Positions 1 to 9,877 of a stretch of DNA of 32,000 nt are shown here, one piece after another. The notes beneath the pieces were generated by a model that was given only the letters and a program-made list of their open reading frames with translations, had not been told where the DNA came from and made no database searches. This stretch comes from Mycolicibacterium smegmatis. Lineage in GTDB: Bacteria > Actinomycetota > Actinomycetes > Mycobacteriales > Mycobacteriaceae. The stretch spans positions 4,380,001 to 4,412,000 of the forward strand of contig NZ_LN831039.1 of the NCBI RefSeq assembly GCF_001457595.1. Direction: 5' to 3'. Position numbers and translations under genes: made by a program. The number at the start of each line of letters is the position of its first letter. Position 1 is the first letter of the stretch.

Positions 1-1249
1 CGGTCATGTTGGCGGCGTCGTCGCGGCCGACGTAGCCGCCCTCGCCGAGTGCGGCCAGCGCGTCGACCGTCGACGCCACGTGCAGCGACTCGTCGGTGCG
101 GCCGTGCACCAATTGCAGCAGCTGGACGGCGAATTCGACGTCGCGCAGGCCACCGGTGCCGAGCTTGATCTCGCGCGACCGCACGTCGGCGGGCACGAGT
201 TCCTCGACGCGGCGGCGCATGGCCTGCACCTCGGGAACGAAATCCTCACGCTCGCAGGCAGTCCACACCATGGGCATCAGCGCGTCGATGTAGGCCTGAC
301 CCAGCTCGGGATCACCCGCGGCGGGCCGCGCCTTGAGCAGCGCCTGGAACTCCCACGTCTTGGCCCACCGCCGGTAGTAGGCGACGTGCGAGTCCAGCGT
401 GCGAACCAGTTGGCCCCGTTTGCCTTCCGGCCGCAGCGCGGCGTCGACCTCGAAGAACGCGTCGCCGGCGAACCGCATCATCTCGCCGGCCACGCGCGTG
501 GCGGTCGCGAGATTGTCGCTGCGGCCGTGCTTTTCGATGTCCTCACCCACGAAGATGACGTCGACGTCGCTGACGTAGTTGAGCTCGCGCGCGCCGCACT
601 TGCCCATCGCGATGACCGCGAGTCGCGGATCCAGATCGCCGCACACCGTGCGGGTGGCCACGATCAGCGCGGCGCTCAGCGCGGCGTCGGCCAGGTCGGA
701 CAGGTGCGAGGAGACGGTGACAAACGGCAGTACCGGTTCGTTCTCGACGGTCGAGGCGACGTCGAGGGCTGCGAGCACCAGCAGACGGTCGCGGTAGAGG
801 TCGCGCAGCGGCGGGACCGCGGCGCTGGCGCCGCGCTCGATGTCGACGCTTTTCGCCGCGTCGTCGAACGTCTCGCGGAGTTCACCCGCGGACGGAAGCG
901 TGACGTCGCCGTGCAGCAGGCGCCAGGACTGCGGGTGGGCCACCAGGTGGTCACCCAGCGCCAGCGACGAGCCGAGCACGGCGAACAACCGGCCCCGCAG
1001 CGGGCGGTCGGTGAGCAGCAGCCGGTTGAGTTCGTCCCAGTCGACCTTGAGCTCGTCGGCGAGGCGCACCATGGCCAGCAGCGCCGCGTCGGCGTCCGGG
1101 GCCCGCGACAGCGACCACAGCAGTTCGACGTGGTCGTCGGTGTTCCAGCCGAGCTGATCGAGATGAGCGGGTGCATGCGGATCGAACAGCCCGAGCCGGC
1201 CGACACTGGGCAGCCTCGGGCGTTCGGTGGCGGGCTTTCGCACGTCCAC
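1..1249 (-). CDS. glnE: Bifunctional glutamine-synthetase adenylyltransferase/deadenylyltransferase, N-terminal part (gene runs off the left edge)
   Basis: Minus-strand translation from GTG (1249 or 1243) reads [37 protein letters not shown]...[26 protein letters not shown]..., matching the GlnE nucleotidyltransferase core (GKxGxxELNYxSDxD). Sits next to a glutamine synthetase gene. Not in the supplied ORF list as one ORF because it has no upstream ATG and is truncated. Confidence 0.93.
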   Translation of the reverse strand, partial: MDVRKPATERPRLPSVGRLGLFDPHAPAHLDQLGWNTDDHVELLWSLSRAPDADAALLAMVRLADELKVDWDELNRLLLTDRPLRGRLFAVLGSSLALGDHLVAHPQSWRLLHGDVTLPSAGELRETFDDAAKSVDIERGASAAVPPLRDLYRDRLLVLAALDVASTVENEPVLPFVTVSSHLSDLADAALSAALIVATRTVCGDLDPRLAVIAMGKCGARELNYVSDVDVIFVGEDIEKHGRSDNLATATRVAGEMMRFAGDAFFEVDAALRPEGKRGQLVRTLDSHVAYYRRWAKTWEFQALLKARPAAGDPELGQAYIDALMPMVWTACEREDFVPEVQAMRRRVEELVPADVRSREIKLGTGGLRDVEFAVQLLQLVHGRTDESLHVASTVDALAALGEGGYVGRDDAANMT

Positions 1250-1298
1250 GACGGTATCGCACCGGGCACCACGCCCGGCACGACCCCGACCGCGGACG

Positions 1299-2657
1299 CT
1301 ACAGCGACAGGTAGTTCTTGAGCTCGTACGGCGTGACGTGGCTGCGGTAGTTCTCCCACTCGCTGCGCTTGTTGCGCAGGAAGTAGTCGAACACGTGCTC
1401 CCCCAACGCTTCTGCGACCAGTTCAGAGTTCTCCATGGCCTCCAGGGCGTTGCCCAGGCTGGTCGGCAGTTCGCGGTAGCCCATGGCGCGGCGTTCCTCG
1501 GGCGTCAGGCTCCACACGTTGTCCTCGGCCTGGGGGCCCAGCACGTAGCCCTTCTCGACGCCACGCAGGCCCGCGGCCAGCAGCACCGCGAACGTCAGGT
1601 ACGGGTTGCACGCCGAGTCAGGGCTGCGCACCTCGACGCGTCGTGACGACACCTTGTGCGGCGTGTACATCGGCACCCGCACCAGCGCCGAGCGGTTGGC
1701 CGCACCCCACGACGCCGCGGTGGGCGCCTCGCCGCCGTGCACCAGGCGCTTGTAGGAGTTCACCCACTGGTTGGTGACGGCGCTGATCTCGTTGGCGTGT
1801 TCGAGGATGCCCGCGATGAACGACTTGGCGACGTCGGAGAGCTGCAGCGGATCGTCGGGGCTGTGGAAGGCGTTGGTGTCGCCCTCGAACAGGCTCATGT
1901 GGGTGTGCATGGCCGAGCCCGGATGCTCGGCGAACGGCTTGGGCATGAACGACGCCCGGACACCGTCGGCCAGTGCCACTTCCTTGACCAGGTAGCGGAA
2001 CGTCATGACGTTGTCGGCCATCGACAGCGCGTCGGCGTAGCGCAGGTCGATCTCCTGCTGGCCGGGTGCGCCCTCGTGATGGCTGAACTCGACCGAGATG
2101 CCCATCTGCTCAAGGGCCTCAATGGCATGGCGTCGGAAGTTGGGCGCCGCGTCGTGCACGGCCTGATCGAAGTAGCCGCCGTTGTCGGCGGGCTCGGGCG
2201 GGGTGCCGTCGTTGGGGCCGGGCTTGAGGAGGAAGAACTCGATCTCGGGGTGCACGTAGCACGTGAACCCGAGATCGCTGGCCTTGGCCAGCTGGCGGCG
2301 CAGCACGTGGCGCGAGTCGGCCCACGACGGCGAACCGTCGGGCATGGTGATGTCGCAGAACATGCGCGCCGAGTAGTGGTTGCCGTCGCTGGTCTTCCAC
2401 GGCAGCACCTGGAACGTCGACGGGTCAGGCCGGGCGACGGTGTCGGATTCGAAGACGCGCGCGAACCCCTCGATCGAGGAGCCGTCGAAACCGATGCCCT
2501 CTTCGAACGCCCCCTCGAGTTCGGCGGGCGCGATCGCGACCGACTTGAGGTAACCGAGCACGTCGGTGAACCACAACCGAACGAAACGAATGTCGCGTTC
2601 CTCCAACGTGCGCAGCACGAATTCCTTCTGCCGGTCCATGCTCCGCAGCGTATGCAC
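1299..2657 (-). CDS. glnA2: Type I glutamine synthetase, GlnA2-like (likely start MDRQKEF at about 2639)
   Basis: 452-aa ORF with GS signatures ([55 protein letters not shown]); adjacent to glnE as in mycobacteria. Confidence 0.93.
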   Translation of the reverse strand: MHTLRSMDRQKEFVLRTLEERDIRFVRLWFTDVLGYLKSVAIAPAELEGAFEEGIGFDGSSIEGFARVFESDTVARPDPSTFQVLPWKTSDGNHYSARMFCDITMPDGSPSWADSRHVLRRQLAKASDLGFTCYVHPEIEFFLLKPGPNDGTPPEPADNGGYFDQAVHDAAPNFRRHAIEALEQMGISVEFSHHEGAPGQQEIDLRYADALSMADNVMTFRYLVKEVALADGVRASFMPKPFAEHPGSAMHTHMSLFEGDTNAFHSPDDPLQLSDVAKSFIAGILEHANEISAVTNQWVNSYKRLVHGGEAPTAASWGAANRSALVRVPMYTPHKVSSRRVEVRSPDSACNPYLTFAVLLAAGLRGVEKGYVLGPQAEDNVWSLTPEERRAMGYRELPTSLGNALEAMENSELVAEALGEHVFDYFLRNKRSEWENYRSHVTPYELKNYLSL

Positions 2658-2691
2658 CGGCTGTTAAATCTGTGTTACGGGGGTGCAAGAG

Positions 2692-4242
2692 CTAGCAGGC
2701 AAGGTTGCCCGGGGGCGACTGCAGATCGGTCAGGAAGCGCAACACCGCGGTGTCGACGCAGGCATCTCCGTTGAACACCACGGTGTGCTGCGCACCGTCG
2801 AAACTGATCAGGGCCGCGCCCATTTGCCGGGCGAGGTCCACACCGGCCTGGTACGGCGTCGCCGGGTCCCCCGTGGTCGACACCACGACCACCTTGCCGG
2901 GTCCGGGCCCGGTGACCGGGCGCGCGGTCGACGTCGCGGGCACGGGCCAGAACGCGCACACGTCGCGCGGTGCGAACCCGGTGAACCCGCCGTAGGCGAA
3001 GAACGGCGCGACCTCACGGATCTGGCGGTCGGCCTCGGCCCACACCGCCGGATCGGTCGGATACACATCGTCGACGCAGCGGATCGCGGTGAAGGCGTCC
3101 TGCATGTTCTGGTAGTGGCCGTTCCGGTCACGGTGCTGGTAGTCGTCGGCCAGCAGCAGCAGGTCCTCCGCGTCGGTGCCGCGTTCGAGGCCGAGCAGGC
3201 CGCTGGTCAGAAACGGCCAGTACCGCGGCGAGTACAGCGCGTTGCCCGTGCCGGTGATGGCGTCCTGGTAGCTCAGCCCGCGCGGGTCCGACGTCGCGCC
3301 AGGCCGGGCCACCAACGGGTCGACGAGTTGGTGGAAGCGGTTCACGTACTGCGCGGGGTCGTTGCCCAACGGACAGCCCACGAGCTTGCCGCAGTCGGCG
3401 GCGTAGGCGTCGAACGCCTTCTGGAAGCTCGCCATCTGGCGGATGGTCTTGTCGATCGGGTTCAGCGCGGGATCGATCGCGCCGTCGAGCACCATGGCGC
3501 GCACACGGTCGGGATACGCCTCGGCGTAGGCCGATCCGAGTTCGGTGCCGTACGAGAAACCCAGATAGCTGATCTGGTGCTCGCCGAGCGCCGCGCGCAC
3601 GGCGTCCATGTCACGCACGGCCGACGCGGTGCCGATGTTCGCGAGGAACGGTGCGCCCATGCGGTCGAGGCACTGCTGCGCGAGCTGCTGGTACAGGCTC
3701 TCGATGTGCGCGACGCCGGCCGGGCTGTAGTCGGCCATGGGTTCGCGTCGGTACGCGTCGAATTCGGCGTCGGTGCGGCACCGCAGTTCTGGCGTCGAAT
3801 GCCCCACGCCGCGCGGGTCGAAGCCGACGAGGTCGAACCGCTGCCCGATCTCGGTGCCCGCCAGCGCCGCGCCCATCCCGGCGACGGTGTCGACGGCCGA
3901 GGCGCCGGGGCCGCCCGGGTTGACGAAAAGCGCGCCGATGCGGTCCCCGCTGGCCGGGACGCGGATGACGGCCAGTTGTGCTTGTGCGCCTTGCGGATCC
4001 GGGTTGTTCCAGTCGACGGGGACGGCCAGTGTGCCGCACTGCGCGGTGGGGATGCGGGCCGGGTCGGCCACCCACTGCGCGCATCCGCCCCACACCGGCG
4101 GCGCGGCGAACGGGGTCGCCGCATCCCCCTCGGGTGTGGCCGACGCGACCGGGATGCCGAATGTGACCAGCGCAGTCATCAGCGCGGGCAGCACGAGCCC
4201 AACCGTCATCGCCAGCCTGCCCGCCCTCCGCACGGCTGACAT
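2692..4242 (-). CDS. Secreted alpha/beta-hydrolase with TAP-like C-terminus (Rv2223c-like serine protease)
   Basis: From internal Met MSAVRRAGRLAMTVGLVLPALMTALVTFGIPVASA (signal-peptide-like); nucleophile elbow GFSYGTEL; oxyanion region NPGGPGASAVDTV; C-terminal TTGDPATPYQAGVDLARQM...GAQHTVV. Confidence 0.88.
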   Translation of the reverse strand: MSAVRRAGRLAMTVGLVLPALMTALVTFGIPVASATPEGDAATPFAAPPVWGGCAQWVADPARIPTAQCGTLAVPVDWNNPDPQGAQAQLAVIRVPASGDRIGALFVNPGGPGASAVDTVAGMGAALAGTEIGQRFDLVGFDPRGVGHSTPELRCRTDAEFDAYRREPMADYSPAGVAHIESLYQQLAQQCLDRMGAPFLANIGTASAVRDMDAVRAALGEHQISYLGFSYGTELGSAYAEAYPDRVRAMVLDGAIDPALNPIDKTIRQMASFQKAFDAYAADCGKLVGCPLGNDPAQYVNRFHQLVDPLVARPGATSDPRGLSYQDAITGTGNALYSPRYWPFLTSGLLGLERGTDAEDLLLLADDYQHRDRNGHYQNMQDAFTAIRCVDDVYPTDPAVWAEADRQIREVAPFFAYGGFTGFAPRDVCAFWPVPATSTARPVTGPGPGKVVVVSTTGDPATPYQAGVDLARQMGAALISFDGAQHTVVFNGDACVDTAVLRFLTDLQSPPGNLAC

Positions 4243-4322
4243 CGTCGCACGTGCGGCACCGCGGGGTCTTGCGCTGAGTCCGACCGGAGATCGGCCGGCA
4301 ACCGTTCGGTGATGTCCGCCGG

Positions 4323-5837
4323 TCAGCACCGGGTGTCCGCTGGGGGCACCTCGACGTCGATCAGGTAGGTGGCGGCGACGTCGTCGACGCACTTGTTGCC
4401 CTGGAACACCACGGTGTGCTGGGTGCCCTCGAAAGTGACCAGCGTGCCGCCGAGTTGGCGCGCGAGGTCCACACCGGCCTGATACGGCGTGGCCGGGTCG
4501 TTGGTGGTCGAGACCACCAGGATCGGCGGCAGCCCCTCGACCTTGAGTTCGTGCGGTTCGCTCGTCGGTGGCACGGGCCAGAACGCGCAGGTTCCCAGCG
4601 GCGCGTCGCCGGTGAACTCGCCGTAGCTCATGAACGGCGCGACCTCACGCAGGCGCTTGTCCTGCTCGACGACCGTGGCCTTGTCCTTGATGGCGGGTTT
4701 GTCCATGCAGTTCACCGCGACCCGCACGTCGGTCGAATTGTTGTAGTGGCCCTTGGCATCCCGGCCCATGTAGAGGTCGGCGAGCGCGAGCATGAGGTTG
4801 CCGTCGCCCTTCTTCAGCGCGGTGAGCGCGTCGGTGAGGTGACGCCACAGGTTCGGCGAGTACAGCGGCAGGATGGTGCCGACGGTCGCGTCGCTGTAGC
4901 TCAGGCCGCGCCCGTCGCGGGTCTTGGCGGGGTTCTCGACGAGCGGGTCGATGATGCTCTTGTAGACGTCGACGGCCTTGGCCGGGTCGGTGCCCAGTGG
5001 GCAGTCGGGGCTCTTGGCGCAGTCGGCGGCGTAGTCGTCGAAGGCCTTCTGGAACGCCGCGGCCTGACGGATGCTCTCCTCGACCGGATCGGCGTTGGGG
5101 TCGATGGCGCCGTCGAGGATCATCGCGCGGACCTTGTCGGGGAACTGCTCCGCGTAGGTGGCGCCGATCCGGGTGCCGTACGAGTAGCCGAGGTAGGTCA
5201 GCTTGTCGTCGCCGAGGGCGGCCCGGATCGCGTCGAGGTCCTTGGCGACGTTCTCGGTGCCCACGTTGGCCAGGAATTCCGTGCCCATCTTGTCGACGCA
5301 GCGCTGGACGAACGCCTTGGTCTCGGCTTCCAGGTGGGCCACACCTTCGGGCGTGTACTCGACCGTCGGGTCGGCGCGCAGCCGGTCGTTGTCGGCGTCG
5401 GAGTTGCACCACACCGCGGGGCTCGACGACGCGACACCGCGCGGGTCGAACCCGACGATGTCGAAACGTTCCTTGACCTCCTGCGGCAGGCTGGGCAGCA
5501 GCGACAGCGCCGACTCGACACCGGATTCGCCGGGACCGCCGGGGTTGATCACCAGCGAGCCGATCCGGTCGCCGGTCGCGGGGAACCGGATCATCGCCAG
5601 GCGGGCGACGTCGCCGTCAGGCTTGGAGTAGTCGACGGGCACCGACAACATGCCGCATTCGGCGCTGTCGGGAATGGGCGTCTGGTTGCCCGCGCCGCCG
5701 TTGCACGGCAGCCACTGCACCGGCGTGCCCGGGCGGGGCACCGCGACGATCGCCCGCCCGTCGATCACCTGGCTGCAGCCTCCTGCCGCCAGCACCGTCA
5801 CCGCCAGCAGCGCGCCGAGCCCGAACCTGACCTTCAT
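4323..5837 (-). CDS. Lipoprotein alpha/beta-hydrolase, TAP-like serine protease, Hip1/CaeA (Rv2224c)-like
   Basis: Start MKVRFGLGALLAVTVLAAGGCSQVIDG gives a signal peptide plus lipobox (LAAGGC); nucleophile elbow GYSYGTRI; C-terminal TTNDPATPYQAGVDLARQLGG...GTQHTVV. Clear paralogue of the neighbouring gene. Confidence 0.9.
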   Translation of the reverse strand: MKVRFGLGALLAVTVLAAGGCSQVIDGRAIVAVPRPGTPVQWLPCNGGAGNQTPIPDSAECGMLSVPVDYSKPDGDVARLAMIRFPATGDRIGSLVINPGGPGESGVESALSLLPSLPQEVKERFDIVGFDPRGVASSSPAVWCNSDADNDRLRADPTVEYTPEGVAHLEAETKAFVQRCVDKMGTEFLANVGTENVAKDLDAIRAALGDDKLTYLGYSYGTRIGATYAEQFPDKVRAMILDGAIDPNADPVEESIRQAAAFQKAFDDYAADCAKSPDCPLGTDPAKAVDVYKSIIDPLVENPAKTRDGRGLSYSDATVGTILPLYSPNLWRHLTDALTALKKGDGNLMLALADLYMGRDAKGHYNNSTDVRVAVNCMDKPAIKDKATVVEQDKRLREVAPFMSYGEFTGDAPLGTCAFWPVPPTSEPHELKVEGLPPILVVSTTNDPATPYQAGVDLARQLGGTLVTFEGTQHTVVFQGNKCVDDVAATYLIDVEVPPADTRC

Positions 5838-5886
5838 GGCTCCACATGCTGCCATGACGAACCACCTGCTCCGGTATCGGTGCAGG

Positions 5887-7284
5887 CTAGGCGCGTTTCG
5901 TGGCGTCCAGCAGCTCGTCGAGCGCAACCGCGAAGTCGTCGGCCATGTCCCACAGGTCCGGCAGCAACTCGGGGCACGAGATGATGCCGACGTCGAGTTT
6001 GCCGGTCAGCGACATCACCGTGATGTTGAGGCCCGAGCCGTGGAAGATCGGCCCCAGCGGATACATCGCCTTGACCTCGGCGCCCAAAAAGTACAGCGGC
6101 ACCTGCGGGCCCGGCACGTTCGAGACGACGAGGTTGTGGACGGGCTTGGCACCCGAGAGCCTGCTGGCCGCGTACACGCGCATCGCGGTGCCGAACACCG
6201 CGGGCGCGGCGAACTGCGTCCAGTCCTGCAGCAGGGTCGCGCCGATCGCCGAGCTGTGTTGTTTGGCGACGGCGTTGGCCTCGGCGATGGCGCGCAGCCG
6301 TTCGGCCGGATCGGCGATGTGGGTCTGCAGGGGCGAGAACATCCCCGAGACCTGGTTGCGTCCCGGGCGGTCGGAGCGGTCGTGCACCGACACCGGCACC
6401 ATCGCGACCAGCGAGTTGTCGGGCAGTTCGTCGCGATGCGACAGGAACGTGCGCAGCACGCCGGACACCAGCGCCATCACGACGTCGTTGACCTTGACGT
6501 CGAAGTGGTTCTTGACGGTCTTGATGTCCTCGAGGTCGAGCTGCGCGAACGCGATGTTGCGGTGCCCGGTGATGTTGGCGTTGAACGCGGTTCTCGGCGC
6601 GGCGAACGGAGCGGCCATGGTCCTGCCGTTGCGGGCCCGCCGCACGGTGTCGACGACGGTGTTCAGCGTGCTCGGCACGACGTTGACCAGCCGCAGCGGC
6701 CTGGTGGCGAACCGCACCGCGCCGTTGACCGCGATCTCCAGGCCGGTGCCGCCGCCCGGGCCGTCGACCGGATCGGGCGGCGGCGCGTCGGGTTCGGTGG
6801 TGCACAGCTGCGAGAGCAGATTCGCCCCGGTCACGCCGTCGACGCTGGCGTGGTGCACCTTGGTCATGAGCGCCAGCCGCCCGCCGGCGTGCGCGTCGGT
6901 GCCCGCGACGTTCTCGATCACCCACATCTCCCACAGCGGACGGCTGCGGTCCAGCGGCAGCGACGCGATGTGACCGCAGATCTCGGCGAGTTCGGCGCGT
7001 CCGCCCGGCCCGGGCAGGCCGATGCGGTGCAGGTGGCGGTCGACGTCAAAGTCGTTGTCCTCCACCCAAACCGGATGGTCGAGGTTGAAACGGCTGTCAG
7101 CGAGTTTCTCCCGGAACTCGGGCATGGCCTTGATGCGCAGGGAAAGCGCGTCGCGCAGGCGGTCGAACGTGTAACCCCCGGGCATGGTCGAGGTGTCGAG
7201 TTCGAGCACCGAGCACACGTGCATCGGCTGCGCCGCGGTTTCGAGATACAGGAAGCTGGCGTCGAGTCCGCTGAGCCGTTGCAT
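5887..7284 (-). CDS. Wax ester synthase/diacylglycerol acyltransferase (WS/DGAT) family protein
   Basis: Starts MQRLSGLDASFLYLETAAQPMHV; active-site motif HHASVDG (HHxxxDG); family motif VVSNVPGP present. Confidence 0.93.
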   Translation of the reverse strand: MQRLSGLDASFLYLETAAQPMHVCSVLELDTSTMPGGYTFDRLRDALSLRIKAMPEFREKLADSRFNLDHPVWVEDNDFDVDRHLHRIGLPGPGGRAELAEICGHIASLPLDRSRPLWEMWVIENVAGTDAHAGGRLALMTKVHHASVDGVTGANLLSQLCTTEPDAPPPDPVDGPGGGTGLEIAVNGAVRFATRPLRLVNVVPSTLNTVVDTVRRARNGRTMAAPFAAPRTAFNANITGHRNIAFAQLDLEDIKTVKNHFDVKVNDVVMALVSGVLRTFLSHRDELPDNSLVAMVPVSVHDRSDRPGRNQVSGMFSPLQTHIADPAERLRAIAEANAVAKQHSSAIGATLLQDWTQFAAPAVFGTAMRVYAASRLSGAKPVHNLVVSNVPGPQVPLYFLGAEVKAMYPLGPIFHGSGLNITVMSLTGKLDVGIISCPELLPDLWDMADDFAVALDELLDATKRA

Positions 7285-7446
7285 GCCGTGAATGGTAGGT
7301 AAGCAAACGGCAACTGTGAGGAAATCCACTTAACAAGGCTTTTACCTTGCACACCACCGAGTGGCAGACTTGCCCTTGTCAGGCGAACCCGGGGACCGAC
7401 AGATCGGCCTCGAGGATTCGATACGACCGTCTATTGAGGGACAACG

Positions 7447-8310
7447 ATGTCTGAACAACCAATTTATGGTGCTGCAAACACCTCCCAGAGTGTTGTGGAC
7501 ACCAAACCCGCCCAGCGCACCAAGGTGCGGACCCTGACCTTGCAGAAGTGGAAGGCCGAGGGCCACAAGTGGGCGATGCTCACCTGCTACGACTACTCCA
7601 GCGCCCGGGTCTTCGACGACGCAGGCATTCCGGTGCTCCTGGTGGGTGACTCGGCGGCAAACGTCGTCTACGGCTACGACACCACGGTGCCGATCTCCAT
7701 CGACGAACTGATCCCGTTGGCGCGCGCCGTGGTCAAGGGCGCCCCGCATGCTCTGGTGATCGGCGATCTGCCGTTCGGCAGCTATGAGGACGGCCCCAGC
7801 CAGGCGCTCGCGACCGCCACCCGCTTCATGAAGGAAGCCGGTGTGCACGCGGTCAAACTCGAGGGCGGTGAGCGTGTCGCTGATCAGATCGCGACGCTGT
7901 CCAGGGCCGGCATCCCCGTGGTGGCCCACATCGGCTTCACGCCGCAGAGCGTCAACGGCCTCGGCGGTTTCCGCGTGCAGGGCCGCGGCGACGCCGCCGA
8001 CCAGACCATCCGCGACGCAATCGCCGTCGCCGAGGCCGGTGCGGTGGCCGTCGTGCTGGAGATGGTGCCCGCCGAGCTGGCGACGCAGATCACCGGCAAG
8101 CTCACGATCCCGACCGTGGGTATCGGCGCGGGCCCCAACTGCGACGCCCAGGTGCTCGTGTGGCAGGACATGGCGGGTCTCACGAGCGGCAAGACCGCCA
8201 AGTTCGTGCGTCGCTTCGGCGATGTCGGTGGCGAACTGCACCGTGCGGCAACGCAATTCGCCGATGATGTGGCGGCCGGGGTGTTCCCCGCCGAAGAACA
8301 CAGCTACTGA
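7447..8310 (+). CDS. panB: 3-methyl-2-oxobutanoate hydroxymethyltransferase
   Basis: 287-aa ORF: [50 protein letters not shown]...[18 protein letters not shown]...; typical PanB. Confidence 0.96.
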   Translation: MSEQPIYGAANTSQSVVDTKPAQRTKVRTLTLQKWKAEGHKWAMLTCYDYSSARVFDDAGIPVLLVGDSAANVVYGYDTTVPISIDELIPLARAVVKGAPHALVIGDLPFGSYEDGPSQALATATRFMKEAGVHAVKLEGGERVADQIATLSRAGIPVVAHIGFTPQSVNGLGGFRVQGRGDAADQTIRDAIAVAEAGAVAVVLEMVPAELATQITGKLTIPTVGIGAGPNCDAQVLVWQDMAGLTSGKTAKFVRRFGDVGGELHRAATQFADDVAAGVFPAEEHSY

Positions 8311-8328
8311 TCCGAAGCTTTCGAGAAC

Positions 8329-8371
8329 GACGAAATGGTCGCTGTCACACGCTGACAGTGACCATTTCGTC
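8329..8371. terminator. Strong hairpin between convergent panB and echA genes (possible bidirectional terminator)
   Basis: GACGAAATGGTCGCTGTCA (8329-8347) - CACGC loop - TGACAGTGACCATTTCGTC (8353-8371): 19-bp stem with one C/T difference. No clean T-tract. Confidence 0.65.
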
Positions 8372-8395
8372 TCTCTGGAGTTCGTCTCTCTGGCG

Positions 8396-9181
8396 CTAGG
8401 CGAATTCGGGTCTGCGCTTGCCCAGGAACGCATCGACACCCTCGCGGCCGTCGGCCGAATCGGCGCGGGCCGCGATGAACCGGCCCTCGGCCTCCATCTG
8501 CTCTTCGAGGCTGTTCTTCAACGACGACAGCAGCAGCGACTTGACCGCACCGTTGGATCCCGCGGATCCGGCGGCGACCTGTTCGGCGAGTTTCGTGGCC
8601 CGGTCGGCCAGGTCGGCGTCGGGCACCACCTCGGTGACCAGACCCCATTCGTAGGCCTCGGTCGCCGACAGCGTGCGGTTGGTGAGCATCAATTCCTGCG
8701 CGCGGCGCATGCCGACCAGGCGCGGCAGGTAGTACGACGCACTGCCGTCGGGGCTCAGGCCGACCTTGGTGTAGGCCATGGTGAACGACGCCGATTCCGC
8801 GGCCAGCACCAGGTCACCGGTCACCGCGATGCTGAACCCGGCGCCTGCCGCGGTGCCGTTGACCGCGGTGATCAGCACGGCGTCCATCCGCGCGAACGAC
8901 GATATGGCCCGGTGCAGATCGTCGGCGACACCTTTGATGAACGCGCCGCGCGAAGGCGCGCCGGAGAACGCCTTGAGATCGCCCCCGGCCGAGAAGAACC
9001 GGCCCGAACCCGTCAGCACCACGACCTTCGCGCCTGAGGTGTCTGCGCGGCGCGCGGCGTCGGCGAGTTCGCGAGTCATGGTGTCGTTCATGCCGTTCGC
9101 GGCGTCCGGGCGGTTCAGCGTGATGCGCGTGATGGGTCCGGACTGTTCGAACGCGATGGCTTCATAGGAGATCTCGGTCAC
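8396..9181 (-). CDS. Enoyl-CoA hydratase/isomerase family protein
   Basis: GTG start at 9181: MTEISYEAIAFEQSGPITRITLNRPDAANGMN...SAGGDLKAFSG...TAAGAGFSIAVTGDLVLAAESASF; crotonase fold signatures. Confidence 0.92.
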   Translation of the reverse strand: MTEISYEAIAFEQSGPITRITLNRPDAANGMNDTMTRELADAARRADTSGAKVVVLTGSGRFFSAGGDLKAFSGAPSRGAFIKGVADDLHRAISSFARMDAVLITAVNGTAAGAGFSIAVTGDLVLAAESASFTMAYTKVGLSPDGSASYYLPRLVGMRRAQELMLTNRTLSATEAYEWGLVTEVVPDADLADRATKLAEQVAAGSAGSNGAVKSLLLSSLKNSLEEQMEAEGRFIAARADSADGREGVDAFLGKRRPEFA

Positions 9182-9192
9182 AGACCGGCACT

Positions 9193-9870
9193 CTAGCGGG
9201 CGGCCCGCCCGGGCGGTCGCACACCGAGCCGTGACGCGGTTGCGGCGGCGAGTTCGGCAAAGTCCCCGTCGAAGCCGAGCACGCGCAGCGCACCCTCTCC
9301 GATCACCCAGGGTTGTTCGGGAGGGACGTCGGCGTCGTCGGAGCGTGAGTTGATCACCGACTCCACGAGCCGGAACGGCAGATCGTCGGCCTCGGGCGGT
9401 CCGCCGCACTCGGCGATGACCGCAGCGGCCAGGCTGCGGTATGCGCTGCGCAGTTCGGCGCGGCGGCGGCGGAACGGCGCGAACCGGTCGGTGCGCAACT
9501 CGGGCAGCAGGTACAGCGCGCCCAGGTTCCAGCGGCCCGCGCACAGCTGTGAGGCGTCGTAGATCACCAGGGCATGCAGGCGCGGTGCCGCGGGACCCGA
9601 CTCCCCCAGCAGGCCGTGTGCGAGCTCAAGGGGCTCGTCGACGGTGCCCGCCAGCAGCGCGTCGAGGATGTCGTCCTTGGTGGCGAAGTGGTGGTACAGC
9701 GAGGCCTGCCGCACCCCCACCTCGTCGGCGATGCGGCGCGTGGAGGTGCTGCCGTACCCGTGGGTGGTGAACAGTTCGGCGGCCGCGTCGAGGATCTCCT
9801 CGCGCGCGGTCTGCCCCGGCCTCCGCGGCTGCTCCAGCCGCGGGCGGCCACGGCCGGAGGTGGTCGTCAT
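9193..9870 (-). CDS. TetR/AcrR family transcriptional regulator
   Basis: Starts MTTTSGRGRPRLEQPRRPGQTAREEILDAAAELFTTHGYGSTSTRRIADEVGVRQASLYHHFATKDDILDALL: canonical TetR helix-turn-helix domain. Confidence 0.93.
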   Translation of the reverse strand: MTTTSGRGRPRLEQPRRPGQTAREEILDAAAELFTTHGYGSTSTRRIADEVGVRQASLYHHFATKDDILDALLAGTVDEPLELAHGLLGESGPAAPRLHALVIYDASQLCAGRWNLGALYLLPELRTDRFAPFRRRRAELRSAYRSLAAAVIAECGGPPEADDLPFRLVESVINSRSDDADVPPEQPWVIGEGALRVLGFDGDFAELAAATASRLGVRPPGRAAR

Positions 9871-9877
9871 GCCCGGA

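Noticed and set aside
5650-7302. 550-aa plus-strand ORF opposite the WS/DGAT gene (also 80..1321, 1656..2774, 2683..4239 and 4416..5984 plus)
   Set aside because: Long ORFs antisense to clear glnE, glnA2, protease and WS/DGAT genes. Composition (Arg/His/Gly/Val-rich, no motifs) is typical of high-GC shadow frames.
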